Made by a program: the position numbers and the translations under genes | DNA from: an uncultured virus (IMG/VR IMGVR_UViG_3300030202_002218) | Taxonomy: Duplodnaviria > Heunggongvirae > Uroviricota > Caudoviricetes | DNA: 64,000 bases | IMG/VR virus record: IMGVR_UViG_3300030202_002218 | Direction: 5' to 3' (one strand) | In this document: positions 10,178-19,725 of the stretch, piece by piece | Numbering within the stretch: the first letter of the stretch is position 1 | Layout of the letters: every line of letters begins with the position of its first letter | Notes under the pieces: generated by a model | The model's database searches: none | Seen by the model: the letters and a program-made list of their open reading frames with translations, nothing else | What the model was told of the DNA's origin: nothing

Positions 10178-11808
10178 TGGCAAAGAAAAAAGGTGGCATG
10201 GTTCTAATCATCGGAGTAGGTGCTAAACCTAAAAAAGAAAAGAAAGACTCTATGAAAAAATCAGTGCGCGCACCTCGTAGGCGTGGTGGTGGTGATGCTT
10301 CCAATCGTGCAAGAACACACTCATTCAAACAAAAAATGAGAGAGAACCCTAACCATCTTGATGAGTTGCTGGAACGACTCGATATAGATAAAAATTTACT
10401 TGAGCGCATAGTATCAAATAAGCATAACATGAATCTTGAATCAGCACTGCGAGGTAATGTGAACATACCCGAAATGCTTGATGAGGCAAGAAAAGTCAAC
10501 GCCGCGAACAAAGGCCAATTTACAGAAAGTGGTGACGCTAAACCGAAACTGAAAAAGGTTCTCAAAGAGCGCGGGATTCCACTAAGTGCTTTCAAGGCTT
10601 CATTGGAGAAGAACCCCTCTATGGATTTTCAAGAACGATTAGCAAGTCTTGGGGGGCAAACCGCTGGTCAAAAAAAGAGAGCGTTTGCTATCCGAAGGGA
10701 CATAGCGCGTGGAGGAACGGGTGATAAAGACAGTCGCAGGTCGGGTAGGACTGTGCCGGAACCGCCAACAGAAGCCGAAGCGACTGGATATAATGAACCA
10801 ATGCGTGATTTTTACATCGACAGAAAAGGGAATAGAGTTGATTCATCAATTGATAACCCACGCAGAACATACATGAGTGAAAAAACAGGACAACCAACTG
10901 TGCGTGACGCGTATCCACCTCATGATTCCGATGAAGAAGACGACATGCTTGAATTTTATACGCGCTTATTCAGTCACAAGCGTGACCCATTACAAGCGGC
11001 TTTGAACCAATTAGGGCGAACCGGTATGGGCGGTTCGACCGGCTACGGCGGTCTTACAGACGCGGATTTAGAAGAACAACAAATGCAAGCAGGGGAAGGA
11101 GGAGGTGGACCGGACACGACACCATCAAGCGTCTTCACACAACCCAATGCTCCACCGGGAATGCGCTTACCTAAACCCGAAGATGATGATGACCCAAGTA
11201 TAGGGTTTGATGCGGCAAGCATTGGTGCGACTACACCAAAGACAATGACTGCTAACCCAAGAGTTCTCAACGACCCTAAATCAACGCGCGCTGGTCAAGG
11301 TCAAGAGCGAACCGTTAGTCAATTCTTACAAACTTCTTTTGATGATACGAATGTCATGAACCCAGCGTGGGCTTTGTTGAAGGGCAACCCAAGTATGCGT
11401 GATGCAGAAGGGCGCGCTATCAATCACCCTGCCGCTATGGTGTATGATGACCTCGCCACGCAAATCCATTTGAACGAAATAGGCCCTAATGACTTTATTG
11501 ACGACCCCGATGATGAAACCGCGGCTGATAGAATGGAACAAATGCGAAACCCAACACACCAAAAAAAGTTGATGAGAAGATTAAAGCAAGGAAAACCCAC
11601 TTCTTTCTTTGATGCAAAAATGGCTACACGCAACGACCAAGCCGAGAAAAACCGATTGAGGCAAATGAGGGAGGAAGCGAGGGAACAGACTCGCAACACA
11701 ATGGAGTTCGGCAACGAAGATGATTCGCCGTCGCCCAACTACGGCATTCAGCAATCCACAGGCACAGATGTGCGCATGAAACCCGGCAACATTATGGAAC
11801 AAATGTGA
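10177..11808 (+). CDS. Charged, largely low-complexity protein, putative internal head protein
   Basis: 543 aa, hydrophilic; internal NPAWALLKG motif shared with other late genes. Confidence 0.55.
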   Translation: MAKKKGGMVLIIGVGAKPKKEKKDSMKKSVRAPRRRGGGDASNRARTHSFKQKMRENPNHLDELLERLDIDKNLLERIVSNKHNMNLESALRGNVNIPEMLDEARKVNAANKGQFTESGDAKPKLKKVLKERGIPLSAFKASLEKNPSMDFQERLASLGGQTAGQKKRAFAIRRDIARGGTGDKDSRRSGRTVPEPPTEAEATGYNEPMRDFYIDRKGNRVDSSIDNPRRTYMSEKTGQPTVRDAYPPHDSDEEDDMLEFYTRLFSHKRDPLQAALNQLGRTGMGGSTGYGGLTDADLEEQQMQAGEGGGGPDTTPSSVFTQPNAPPGMRLPKPEDDDDPSIGFDAASIGATTPKTMTANPRVLNDPKSTRAGQGQERTVSQFLQTSFDDTNVMNPAWALLKGNPSMRDAEGRAINHPAAMVYDDLATQIHLNEIGPNDFIDDPDDETAADRMEQMRNPTHQKKLMRRLKQGKPTSFFDAKMATRNDQAEKNRLRQMREEAREQTRNTMEFGNEDDSPSPNYGIQQSTGTDVRMKPGNIMEQM

Positions 11809-11817
11809 GGTGCGCGC

Positions 11818-13146
11818 ATGTCGGACCTATGGTGGCGTATCACGAAAATGAAGAAGGAGGCTACATCTCCCGCCGCCAAAGAACGCAAACGCAAATACGA
11901 AACTGAATATGAATCGTCGCCCGCGCGTAAGAAATACAGACGGGAGTTGGAGAGAGAGCGTCGCAAGCGCGGCGTAGCCGGTAAAGGTGGTAAAGACATG
12001 AGCCACACAAAGACAGGTAAGATTGTCCCCGAAGACCCACACACAAACAGGGCGCGCTCTCATCCATCAGTAGGCTCGACGCTCAAAGCACCTATGTGGG
12101 ACGCTCAAGGTAATCAAATGACAGGTGAACCTAAACCAATGCCTAACTTGAAACAGCGCGGATTTCCTTTCGCTGGTGCATTCAAGCAGGGCATGAAGGC
12201 TGGACCAAAAGATGAACAAAGACTCTTCTTTGAATCACCCGATGAGTCGTCACGCGCTCTTGTTGATTTACCAAAAGAAGGTGACGACGCAAACATGGCT
12301 CTCTTCGGAGTTCACATGGACCAACAAGGAAAAGGTAAGGGGAGAGAAGGTCTTGTCAATTTGAAGAATGAATTGGGAGAGATGGGCAAGAAGAACCTGC
12401 ATCAGTTTGAAAGATTCTCAAACATGACCCCGGAGTCTGTTGAGTTTTGGGACAAGATGAGAAGTGAGGGGGTGACCAAAGCACCACTCTACGACACGGC
12501 CACAGGAAAGCAAGTCGCGGGAGTTCCTACGCCTATTCCAAGTAAAGATGACCTTCGTTTTGAAAACAACATGAACTTTGATTTTGATTATTCAAACCAC
12601 GCACCTGTTCAACCAAATGAGCGTTTTCTCTATCAATCACCCGACCAAAAAGTGCGCGCAATAGTTGAATCGCGAGGCAAACATGCCAGCATACCAATTT
12701 TCGCTACGCATGGTAAAGAAAGAGGAAAGGGTCATGGAAGACAAGCGTTGCACGATATTAGAAGCGAACTACGCACTATTCATCCCGATGTTGAACACAT
12801 TGAGCCAACAGGAGTGATTGAACAATCCCATCCATTTTGGGAAAAAATGAACGATGAAGGGCTTGTGTCCTACGAAGGTGATTATGAACCCGATATAGCA
12901 ACGGGTGAGCCAATGGACATAGCCATGCGGTTGTTGAAGGAGCAGAAGAAACTCTTCGTTCAAGGACAGAAGACCCTTGATGGGCGACCTGCCTTCGCAC
13001 CAACTGATTTCGTAGCGGAGGAACAGCGAAGACAAGCCGCCCTTAAGCGGCAACAAGATAGAGAGAAACGCGAAGCACAAAGGCGTAAGAACGCAATAGG
13101 CCTCACTCCTCTCCCGTTTCAACAGAACCCGGAACAGCAAGGTTAG
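11818..13146 (+). CDS. Multi-module protein: basic HNH-like N-terminal module plus two tandem GNAT-like domains
   Basis: KDMSH...HTNRAR resembles a degenerate HNH; two homologous modules with GNAT motif A (QQGKGKGREGL; ERGKGHGRQAL) and FW(D/E)KM; GAGGTG SD. Confidence 0.6.
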   Translation: MSDLWWRITKMKKEATSPAAKERKRKYETEYESSPARKKYRRELERERRKRGVAGKGGKDMSHTKTGKIVPEDPHTNRARSHPSVGSTLKAPMWDAQGNQMTGEPKPMPNLKQRGFPFAGAFKQGMKAGPKDEQRLFFESPDESSRALVDLPKEGDDANMALFGVHMDQQGKGKGREGLVNLKNELGEMGKKNLHQFERFSNMTPESVEFWDKMRSEGVTKAPLYDTATGKQVAGVPTPIPSKDDLRFENNMNFDFDYSNHAPVQPNERFLYQSPDQKVRAIVESRGKHASIPIFATHGKERGKGHGRQALHDIRSELRTIHPDVEHIEPTGVIEQSHPFWEKMNDEGLVSYEGDYEPDIATGEPMDIAMRLLKEQKKLFVQGQKTLDGRPAFAPTDFVAEEQRRQAALKRQQDREKREAQRRKNAIGLTPLPFQQNPEQQG

Positions 13147-13249
13147 ACATCTTGCGCACGATTAAATCGGTCAAGTAAAAACCGAACTCAAGTAATATGA
13201 ATACTGCAATTACTGTGATAAGCGCGCCCAAGATTCCCAACACAATCAC
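13103..13249 (-). CDS. Small membrane protein (48 aa, not in the ORF track)
   Basis: GTG start overlaps the chaperonin stop; translates to MIVLGILGALITVIAVFILLEFGFYLTDLIVRKMSNLAVPGSVETGEE. Confidence 0.55.
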   Translation of the reverse strand: MIVLGILGALITVIAVFILLEFGFYLTDLIVRKMSNLAVPGSVETGEE

Positions 13250-14748
13250 TCCCCTCTTCGGGCAATGATGTCGTCAATTCGTAGAATTGAGCAAGATACT
13301 TCGGTTGCTGAATTGATAATCTGTTCAACAAGGGAGGCTGGTTCCCACACATTCATTTCTGCTGTGCTGGTGATTTGACCTTCACCTTTATCGTCAATGT
13401 AAAGACCGACATCAAGTTCACAAGAACGCAGTTCCATAACTACATCAAGAGGGTCCATTCCCGCGTTGCTTGCAATAGCGGCTGGTATGATTTCAAGTGA
13501 GTCTGCGAATGCTTCCATACACATACGCTCTCTTGCTGTCAAACCATTCTCGTTAAGCGCATAGTTGCGGACAACCATAGACAATTTCGATAGAACAGCA
13601 CCACCACCCGGATAGACGCGCTCGTCATTCATGTAAAGACATACTACACCAAGAGCATCTTCAAACGCGCGCTCGTATTCATCGAGTGTTTGTCGAGTTG
13701 CGCCACGGATAACAAGTGTTAGCGTATCACTTCCTTTGGATTCAACGGATACATAATCAAGGTCACCGATGCGTTTTGATTCGATGATACCTTCTATTCT
13801 GTCTGTATTTTCGGGTGCTTCTGTGATGCGGTGATAAATTTGAACACCAGTGATTCTTGATATTGCATCAATATCACTTTGATTGACACGACTTACAACT
13901 CCAACACCTTGACTGTCAAGATACTTAGCGACTGCTTCATGAACACCATCACGGATAATTACAACATCACACATTTCAGCGATAGCATGAGCAACCTCGG
14001 TCAATATCTGCATCTCTTGTTGTCGGATATTGTTCAGTTGTGCGGGGTCTTGAATCTGCAATTGAACATCTTCATAGTTAAACCCATCAAGCCCACCATC
14101 TAAAAGTAAAATGCGCGGATTCTTTTTGCCAACATAGTCGGGGTTAGTGAATGTCTTGTTTAAGACAAGTCCTCCGTGAATATATGAATCATTCATAGAA
14201 CCTCCCGATTGAGTCAAAATTCTCAATCGGTCCATGTCACCTTTGACTTGTTCAGCGGCATTAGCGCATAGTTCAGCGGCAAACTCAAGGTGTGTTTCTG
14301 CGGCTTTCCCTCTCAAGGCTGTTGATGCTATGTGTGAAATTTCAGCCCCAAGAAATTTTGATGAGTTTGGTAAGTTGTCAATTGCTAAATTAGAGGCTTT
14401 ATTGAATGCGCGCACAATAGTTTGCGGATGAATGCCACGCATGAGTAATCCTTCACTCAATGCTAACATCTGTCCAGCAAGAACAACTACACTCGTTGTT
14501 CCATCTTTGCACATTTCTTCTTGCGTTTGACTCGCTTGAACCATCATCTGCGCACCGGGATGCGCTGTGCTTAGTTCTCGCATAATCGTTATACCGTCGT
14601 TAGTGACGATTGTTTCTCCTCGTTCATCAACAAGCATTTTGTCCATTCCGGCGGGACCAAGCGTTGACCTTACGGTTTCTGCTACCTGCACTGCGGCTCG
14701 TATATTACTCATTTGGGCTTCTCTTCCAGTTTTTCTTTCTTCTGTCAT
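13246..14748 (-). CDS. ths: Group II chaperonin (thermosome-like)
   Basis: STLGPAGMDKM, TNDG, DGTTS, YPGGGA and ILRIDD motifs; 500 aa; helical-protrusion region present. Confidence 0.95.
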   Translation of the reverse strand: MTEERKTGREAQMSNIRAAVQVAETVRSTLGPAGMDKMLVDERGETIVTNDGITIMRELSTAHPGAQMMVQASQTQEEMCKDGTTSVVVLAGQMLALSEGLLMRGIHPQTIVRAFNKASNLAIDNLPNSSKFLGAEISHIASTALRGKAAETHLEFAAELCANAAEQVKGDMDRLRILTQSGGSMNDSYIHGGLVLNKTFTNPDYVGKKNPRILLLDGGLDGFNYEDVQLQIQDPAQLNNIRQQEMQILTEVAHAIAEMCDVVIIRDGVHEAVAKYLDSQGVGVVSRVNQSDIDAISRITGVQIYHRITEAPENTDRIEGIIESKRIGDLDYVSVESKGSDTLTLVIRGATRQTLDEYERAFEDALGVVCLYMNDERVYPGGGAVLSKLSMVVRNYALNENGLTARERMCMEAFADSLEIIPAAIASNAGMDPLDVVMELRSCELDVGLYIDDKGEGQITSTAEMNVWEPASLVEQIINSATEVSCSILRIDDIIARRGE

Positions 14749-14755
14749 GGGGGGT

Positions 14756-15358
14756 TCACCATCCTATGTGGTATTCTTCAATCAGTCCTGTTTCAGCATT
14801 ACGGCCTTTGACAAAGCCTTCGTTTCTTCCATGAAGAAACAAGTCATAATTGAGTTTGCAATCTGCTATGCAGTATTTGATGACATCAGCATAACGACCT
14901 TCTTGCCAAGCAACCGGCGCGTCTGCTGAATCCATAATTTCTTTTCCTACACCAAGTGTATGCTTACATAAAGAATCGAGGTGGTGGCTTTTACCACTTG
15001 CACTACGAACCTCCCAAGATGTATCAACGATGGATTCCTTCTTGTTGAGAAGAACTCCGGCGTAATGCATGTCAAGCGCATCACGGAGAACGGGTAGGTC
15101 AAAACCTCGTATGTTATGTCCAATGACGATACCACCATTGTCAACATGCTTCTTCAAATGCTCACCGAGGTCGCGTGGATGAAGAGGATGCATGTGCGCG
15201 TCTGCTACAATTACATTATCGGCTTTGCTGAATACATGGGCTTCTTCGCCATCCCATGTAGCGACAACAGTTGTGTCGAACATGTGGGTTTTATCCCAAC
15301 CACCTATCTCATGAGAATAATTTGATGTTTCAATATCCAATGCCATTACTTTACTCAT
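14756..15358 (-). CDS. DEDD / RNase H-like 3'-5' exonuclease
   Basis: LDIET, GHNIRGFDLP and YCIAD correspond to Exo I/II/III. Confidence 0.85.
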   Translation of the reverse strand: MSKVMALDIETSNYSHEIGGWDKTHMFDTTVVATWDGEEAHVFSKADNVIVADAHMHPLHPRDLGEHLKKHVDNGGIVIGHNIRGFDLPVLRDALDMHYAGVLLNKKESIVDTSWEVRSASGKSHHLDSLCKHTLGVGKEIMDSADAPVAWQEGRYADVIKYCIADCKLNYDLFLHGRNEGFVKGRNAETGLIEEYHIGW

Positions 15359-15360
15359 AC

Positions 15361-16785
15361 TTATTCCTCCTTGAACTTAACATATACTGCGCTTCCTACA
15401 CGATGTGTCTTGAATAACTTCTCAACATCTTTGAATCGCTTATACACAGTCGGCTTGCTCTTACCGAGTTGGTTAGCGTATCGGTCAAACATATCATTCT
15501 TGAGAACCCAACCGTCGCCTTTGGATTCAATCTCAACACTCTTGCAGGGTTTCATAGCATTCAACCATTCATCTTTGCGCGCAATCTTTTCAGCCGCTTT
15601 TGCTCCGACTTCGACTTCGGACTCAAGCCATAGGACAAGTTGCTCGTATATATCATAGAGGATTTCAGTCGCCATTTCAACATCGTCACCTGTCACCGTC
15701 CAATCACCATCCGCTGATATGTTATCACGCTCGACACGAATTAAAGCAAGATGTGTTGCAAATAATACGGTGTAGTTGAGAATATTTGGAATAAATGAAC
15801 AGACAACATCACTCAAATGTTTGTCCATACCACGCACAAGAGTGTAGTATTCATCGACTGATGCCATCAATTGAGGATGAACTGATTCATCAACATTGAA
15901 CATTTCATGCATACAACCACGCGCTACTTCTTCTTTACTTGCTGGGTTGAGTTCATCCCATTCTTGGTTTGTCATGTTAGCAATTGCTAACAAGCGCGCT
16001 TGTGTTTTCTCACGAATGCGAATGAAGTGGTCAGCAATGTCTTGTAGTGAAGCAACTTCTGTTAACTTATCTTGGAAGACACCCGACATTCTTTGTTCGG
16101 ATACCATCTGTCGCATGTCATCACTCCACGGTCGGTAAATCAACAACACTCGTTGAAACAGACCCTTAGTAAGAACATACTCTTTGACACCTGCTGGTGG
16201 GAAAGAAGTAATCCAAAGCGATACGCGGGATTCTGTTTCGACTTTACCGTTCTTCATGTGTTTAGTTAGTGTATTACTGTGACTCCCAACAGGGTTCATT
16301 GCTTGTTGAAGATACAGAATAACTTCGGAAAAGAATTGCTTAGGGTTTGATTGAAGAAGGATTGAACCTTCATCAAAATTCAAACACTTCTTACCACCGA
16401 GTAGTCCTTCATTCTGCACAAGTTCGTATCCACCATCACCGTCACTCACGGAGTCTATTGACCCGATAAGCGCACTGTCAGTTCCACTGGTGAACATATC
16501 AATGTCAAGCCCTGCAAGTTCAGCGACTTCTCCGGTGAACTCCCAAGCGATTGACTTACCGGACCTTGTTGCTTGTATCCAAAATGTGTGGATACGCGGG
16601 TCGAGTGCCGAAGCCCATACGGGTATTCGCACATAGTCAACAAGGGCTTGTCCTTGTAGGTAAAAGAAGGATATGAGGCCGGGTATTTCGTTGAAAAACG
16701 AAGTCGTCCGAAAACGCTCAAGGTAATCCTTCATTACGGGGTATTCTTTTACTGCTGTATATTGGTTCCATTGTCTTTGGGGCAT
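15361..16785 (-). CDS. MCM-like AAA+ replicative helicase (lacking the usual N-terminal domain)
   Basis: Walker A ATRSGKS, Walker B LNFDEG, LQQAM, Arg finger GLFQR, C-terminal wHTH-like region; replication-module context. Confidence 0.65.
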   Translation of the reverse strand: MPQRQWNQYTAVKEYPVMKDYLERFRTTSFFNEIPGLISFFYLQGQALVDYVRIPVWASALDPRIHTFWIQATRSGKSIAWEFTGEVAELAGLDIDMFTSGTDSALIGSIDSVSDGDGGYELVQNEGLLGGKKCLNFDEGSILLQSNPKQFFSEVILYLQQAMNPVGSHSNTLTKHMKNGKVETESRVSLWITSFPPAGVKEYVLTKGLFQRVLLIYRPWSDDMRQMVSEQRMSGVFQDKLTEVASLQDIADHFIRIREKTQARLLAIANMTNQEWDELNPASKEEVARGCMHEMFNVDESVHPQLMASVDEYYTLVRGMDKHLSDVVCSFIPNILNYTVLFATHLALIRVERDNISADGDWTVTGDDVEMATEILYDIYEQLVLWLESEVEVGAKAAEKIARKDEWLNAMKPCKSVEIESKGDGWVLKNDMFDRYANQLGKSKPTVYKRFKDVEKLFKTHRVGSAVYVKFKEE

Positions 16786-16859
16786 ATTTTTTCATCTCCT
16801 TTGGGGGGTGGCAGACGCTTCGGGGTAATCCCCAACGGTGCGAGTCAGCCTATAACCGT

Positions 16860-16933
16860 TTCTCATTTTCTTATTTCTCGCTATATTATAATAGAAAGAA
16901 ATATCGAGTATATTTAAATTATTCATATTAGAA
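16860..16933 (-). promoter_or_regulatory. AT-rich intergenic island upstream of the helicase operon
   Basis: Very AT-rich tract containing TATAATATAGCGAGAAA on the minus strand, similar to motifs in the other AT islands. Confidence 0.45.
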
Positions 16934-17623
16934 TCACCTCTCAAAGCGAACTTCTTCTTCGCTTGTTAGAACTTCTATTACGCGGTTGCGCAAAATCTTA
17001 CCCATACGGGGGACATCACGCAAACAATCACCACATGCGGCTTCTTCGATTGAACCACACGCATCAAGAATTGCTTCAACCATCTCCGGTCCAATACCGG
17101 GAATAGTATGTAGCATATCTTTGCGAACATCATTTGTGGATACGCGTCTAACTGCTTGCGCACCATGTCTGCTTGCTTTTTTGTAAGTCTTCTCATGAAG
17201 AGCAACCATAAATTGTGCCGCTTCACTTGCATTAGGGGCGCGGTAAATGAGGCAACCAAAGTCGGCTACGACTCTACCAAGAAAACCTGTCATTTGTTTG
17301 AGGGCTTGGCTGGTGGTAATGGTAGAACCACGCTCACGCGCTCGGTGAACATAACCACCTATTTCTCCCCATATCACTAAACCATAATTACCATCGTTAG
17401 CATCCATGTTGTCGAGTTGACGCATTAAGTGACCATTTCTCATTGAACTGAAAAGGTCGTCAATACTCTTGGCTTCAATCAACCAATCACCACACTTGTA
17501 ATCACCGTTGATTAAATTTTGTCGCAGGGTATTGATACGAGGTGACCTTGATTGCGCGCGTCGTTCAAGTGCAGAAACAAGTGTGCCTCTTTCATTGGTA
17601 TCAATAATCAATGGTGGTTTCAT
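16934..17623 (-). CDS. ERCC4/XPF-family (Hef/Mus81-like) nuclease with HhH
   Basis: IIDTNE, GDY, IEAKSIDDLFSS..GHL..QL and a C-terminal IPGIG HhH motif. Confidence 0.9.
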   Translation of the reverse strand: MKPPLIIDTNERGTLVSALERRAQSRSPRINTLRQNLINGDYKCGDWLIEAKSIDDLFSSMRNGHLMRQLDNMDANDGNYGLVIWGEIGGYVHRARERGSTITTSQALKQMTGFLGRVVADFGCLIYRAPNASEAAQFMVALHEKTYKKASRHGAQAVRRVSTNDVRKDMLHTIPGIGPEMVEAILDACGSIEEAACGDCLRDVPRMGKILRNRVIEVLTSEEEVRFER

Positions 17624-17967
17624 GCTATTCGCCCCTCATGTGCTGGGAACTTGTGAGTCCGTCTGTATTGGGTATGGTTTCTTCCTTCTTTTCTTGACTC
17701 AACAAGACCACGCTTTTCAAGACCTTTTAGCATCTGCGATATTTTAGACGAATCCATCAATCTCAACGGTGCTGAATACTTACAAAGCGCGCGGGGTGTT
17801 CTCCACTTTTCATCAATCATCAATAATAATTCAATGTAATCAGCGTTGAACCATTCACTATCACCAATTAAACCCGGTATATGTGAGGGTTTGATAATCT
17901 CAACTTGTGTCACTTTAATGGATTTCAAAAATCCTTGTCTTTCTGTATAATCATATTCTTTCGTCAT
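17620..17967 (-). CDS. Winged-helix DNA-binding protein
   Basis: ISQMLKGLEKRGLVESRKEGR..QY pattern. Confidence 0.6.
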   Translation of the reverse strand: MTKEYDYTERQGFLKSIKVTQVEIIKPSHIPGLIGDSEWFNADYIELLLMIDEKWRTPRALCKYSAPLRLMDSSKISQMLKGLEKRGLVESRKEGRNHTQYRRTHKFPAHEGRIA

Positions 17968-19565
17968 TGTATCACCTTCTGTTTTCTTAGCGTTGTATAT
18001 ATTGAATTGATAGATTTAACATCATTTTCATTCTTCAACCAAATGTTATCACAAATGGTTTTGATAGGTATTCCCTTACTATGAATCTCTTGAGCATGAT
18101 TCCAACCTTTGATGATAACTTTGTTATTGTTGTGGTCGTAATCATCACATGTAGCCCAAATAACAATTGACTTTGCGTTTGTGTATTTTGTTAATTGGTG
18201 TGGAGGTATCATTCTACCAAGACGCGTCCAGTCTTTTTCTAACACTGTCTTAACTTCGATTGTTCTGCCGTTAGTGAAGAGGTCACCCTTGAGCGTTGAA
18301 ACATCGAAATGTCTTGATAAGTAAAATTCAACTGCTTTTTCAGCCTTCAAGCCTATAAATGTTGAAGATGTTTTGTTATGTGAATAATCACCAACATTAC
18401 TCTTATGCTTCTCAACTTCTTGTTTAGCGCGTTCATAAATTTGCTTCGTTTCTTGATGAGTTAACTCAACAACTTCTTCGTCACTATCTTCATGATTACC
18501 TGTTCCATCCCATAATTGACAGCGACCGACGCAAAGACCCTTACCAATAAGGCTCTCGCATCTTTCCATGTATCCTGTTTCAACTATTGAGCGTAATTGA
18601 TATTCAGTGACACCGGGATTGTAGTCAGCCCATTGAAGCGTCTTAATGAAATCGTGGAGTGTGAGTATGTGCTTCTCTCTCATCTGCACAGTAGTTCGCT
18701 GAACGGGGAGAAAGTTTCGTAGTCGCGACGCAAGGTAAATAGCAAGACTCGCGCGACTGATATGTGGAGGGTTGCTCCCGACTTGACAAGCCGATTCCAT
18801 AAGGCATGGGAGAATCTTGATGCTCCCCATTTTGACAGTATCAAAGTTCACTGGTTCACCTGTGACTTTGAATTGGCTTTTGCGAACTTCACTGATAGGG
18901 AGATTGACTCCTTTATGACCATAGAAGTGCGCGGTGTTGAGTGGGTTTTCTGCTTTCTCGCAAATCTCATCCCAAGACATAGTAAGTAATTGCTCACTCG
19001 TTAGCGGGATGCTCCATCGCAAAACATGTTGCTTGGCATTGTAAGAGTTAGGAATTCGTATCATACGCGCAGTGTCAAATGGCACTGTTGGGTCCATACA
19101 ATATAATTCCATATCTTTCTTCCACTTGTTGATGACTTTCTTACCCGCCGCTTTGATATGTGACACCTGTGTTCCGCTTGATGGTAAGTGAGTTTTATCG
19201 AGTGATGTCCAAATGTGAAAACCATTACCACTAAACCACACACCATGATTGATTTGTTCATTCATCAAAAACTGATGAAGGCGGCGAACTTGTTGAACAA
19301 CCTCGTCACCTTCAACCTCAACCATGTTGCTACCTTTACGATACTTCTTATCGAAGTCAAGAACGAAATGCTTGATGATAGCCGTGTTGTATTCAGCGCG
19401 ACGACCATTAGGTTTCACGGCTCGGAAACCATAAACAGACATATACGCGCATTGTGAATTTTGTAATGCGGACCAATATCTTTCAAAACCGTTCTTGTCG
19501 TTAACAATTTTACGGAATAGTCCCACTTCTTTAGGAAAATCAAAGTTAAGAGGATTCATCGTCAA
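17964..19565 (-). CDS. Archaeo-eukaryotic primase (PriS-PriL fusion) with C-terminal PD-(D/E)XK-like extension
   Basis: LDFD, FSGNGFH and DTARMIRIPNS AEP motifs; LPC..NPPH..R and C..C..C PriL-CTD; tail GLKAE...GD...IEVKT. Confidence 0.85.
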   Translation of the reverse strand: MTMNPLNFDFPKEVGLFRKIVNDKNGFERYWSALQNSQCAYMSVYGFRAVKPNGRRAEYNTAIIKHFVLDFDKKYRKGSNMVEVEGDEVVQQVRRLHQFLMNEQINHGVWFSGNGFHIWTSLDKTHLPSSGTQVSHIKAAGKKVINKWKKDMELYCMDPTVPFDTARMIRIPNSYNAKQHVLRWSIPLTSEQLLTMSWDEICEKAENPLNTAHFYGHKGVNLPISEVRKSQFKVTGEPVNFDTVKMGSIKILPCLMESACQVGSNPPHISRASLAIYLASRLRNFLPVQRTTVQMREKHILTLHDFIKTLQWADYNPGVTEYQLRSIVETGYMERCESLIGKGLCVGRCQLWDGTGNHEDSDEEVVELTHQETKQIYERAKQEVEKHKSNVGDYSHNKTSSTFIGLKAEKAVEFYLSRHFDVSTLKGDLFTNGRTIEVKTVLEKDWTRLGRMIPPHQLTKYTNAKSIVIWATCDDYDHNNNKVIIKGWNHAQEIHSKGIPIKTICDNIWLKNENDVKSINSIYTTLRKQKVIQ

Positions 19566-19725
19566 ACCTCATTCCGGCAGTAATAGCAAAGTCAACCAAT
19601 TTACCCAAGCAATGACCGCAAACATAGTTTTCACCATTGGGGCATTGAAGGAACTTCTTACCAAACACTTTTGTGCTTGCATCGGGTTTCTTTCCACATA
19701 ATTCGCACATCTTGTATTCAGTCAT
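19546..19725 (-). CDS. Small zinc-finger protein
   Basis: CELC...CGHC; probable start at MTEYK (19725) overlapping the upstream stop. Confidence 0.6.
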   Translation of the reverse strand: MTEYKMCELCGKKPDASTKVFGKKFLQCPNGENYVCGHCLGKLVDFAITAGMRFDDESS

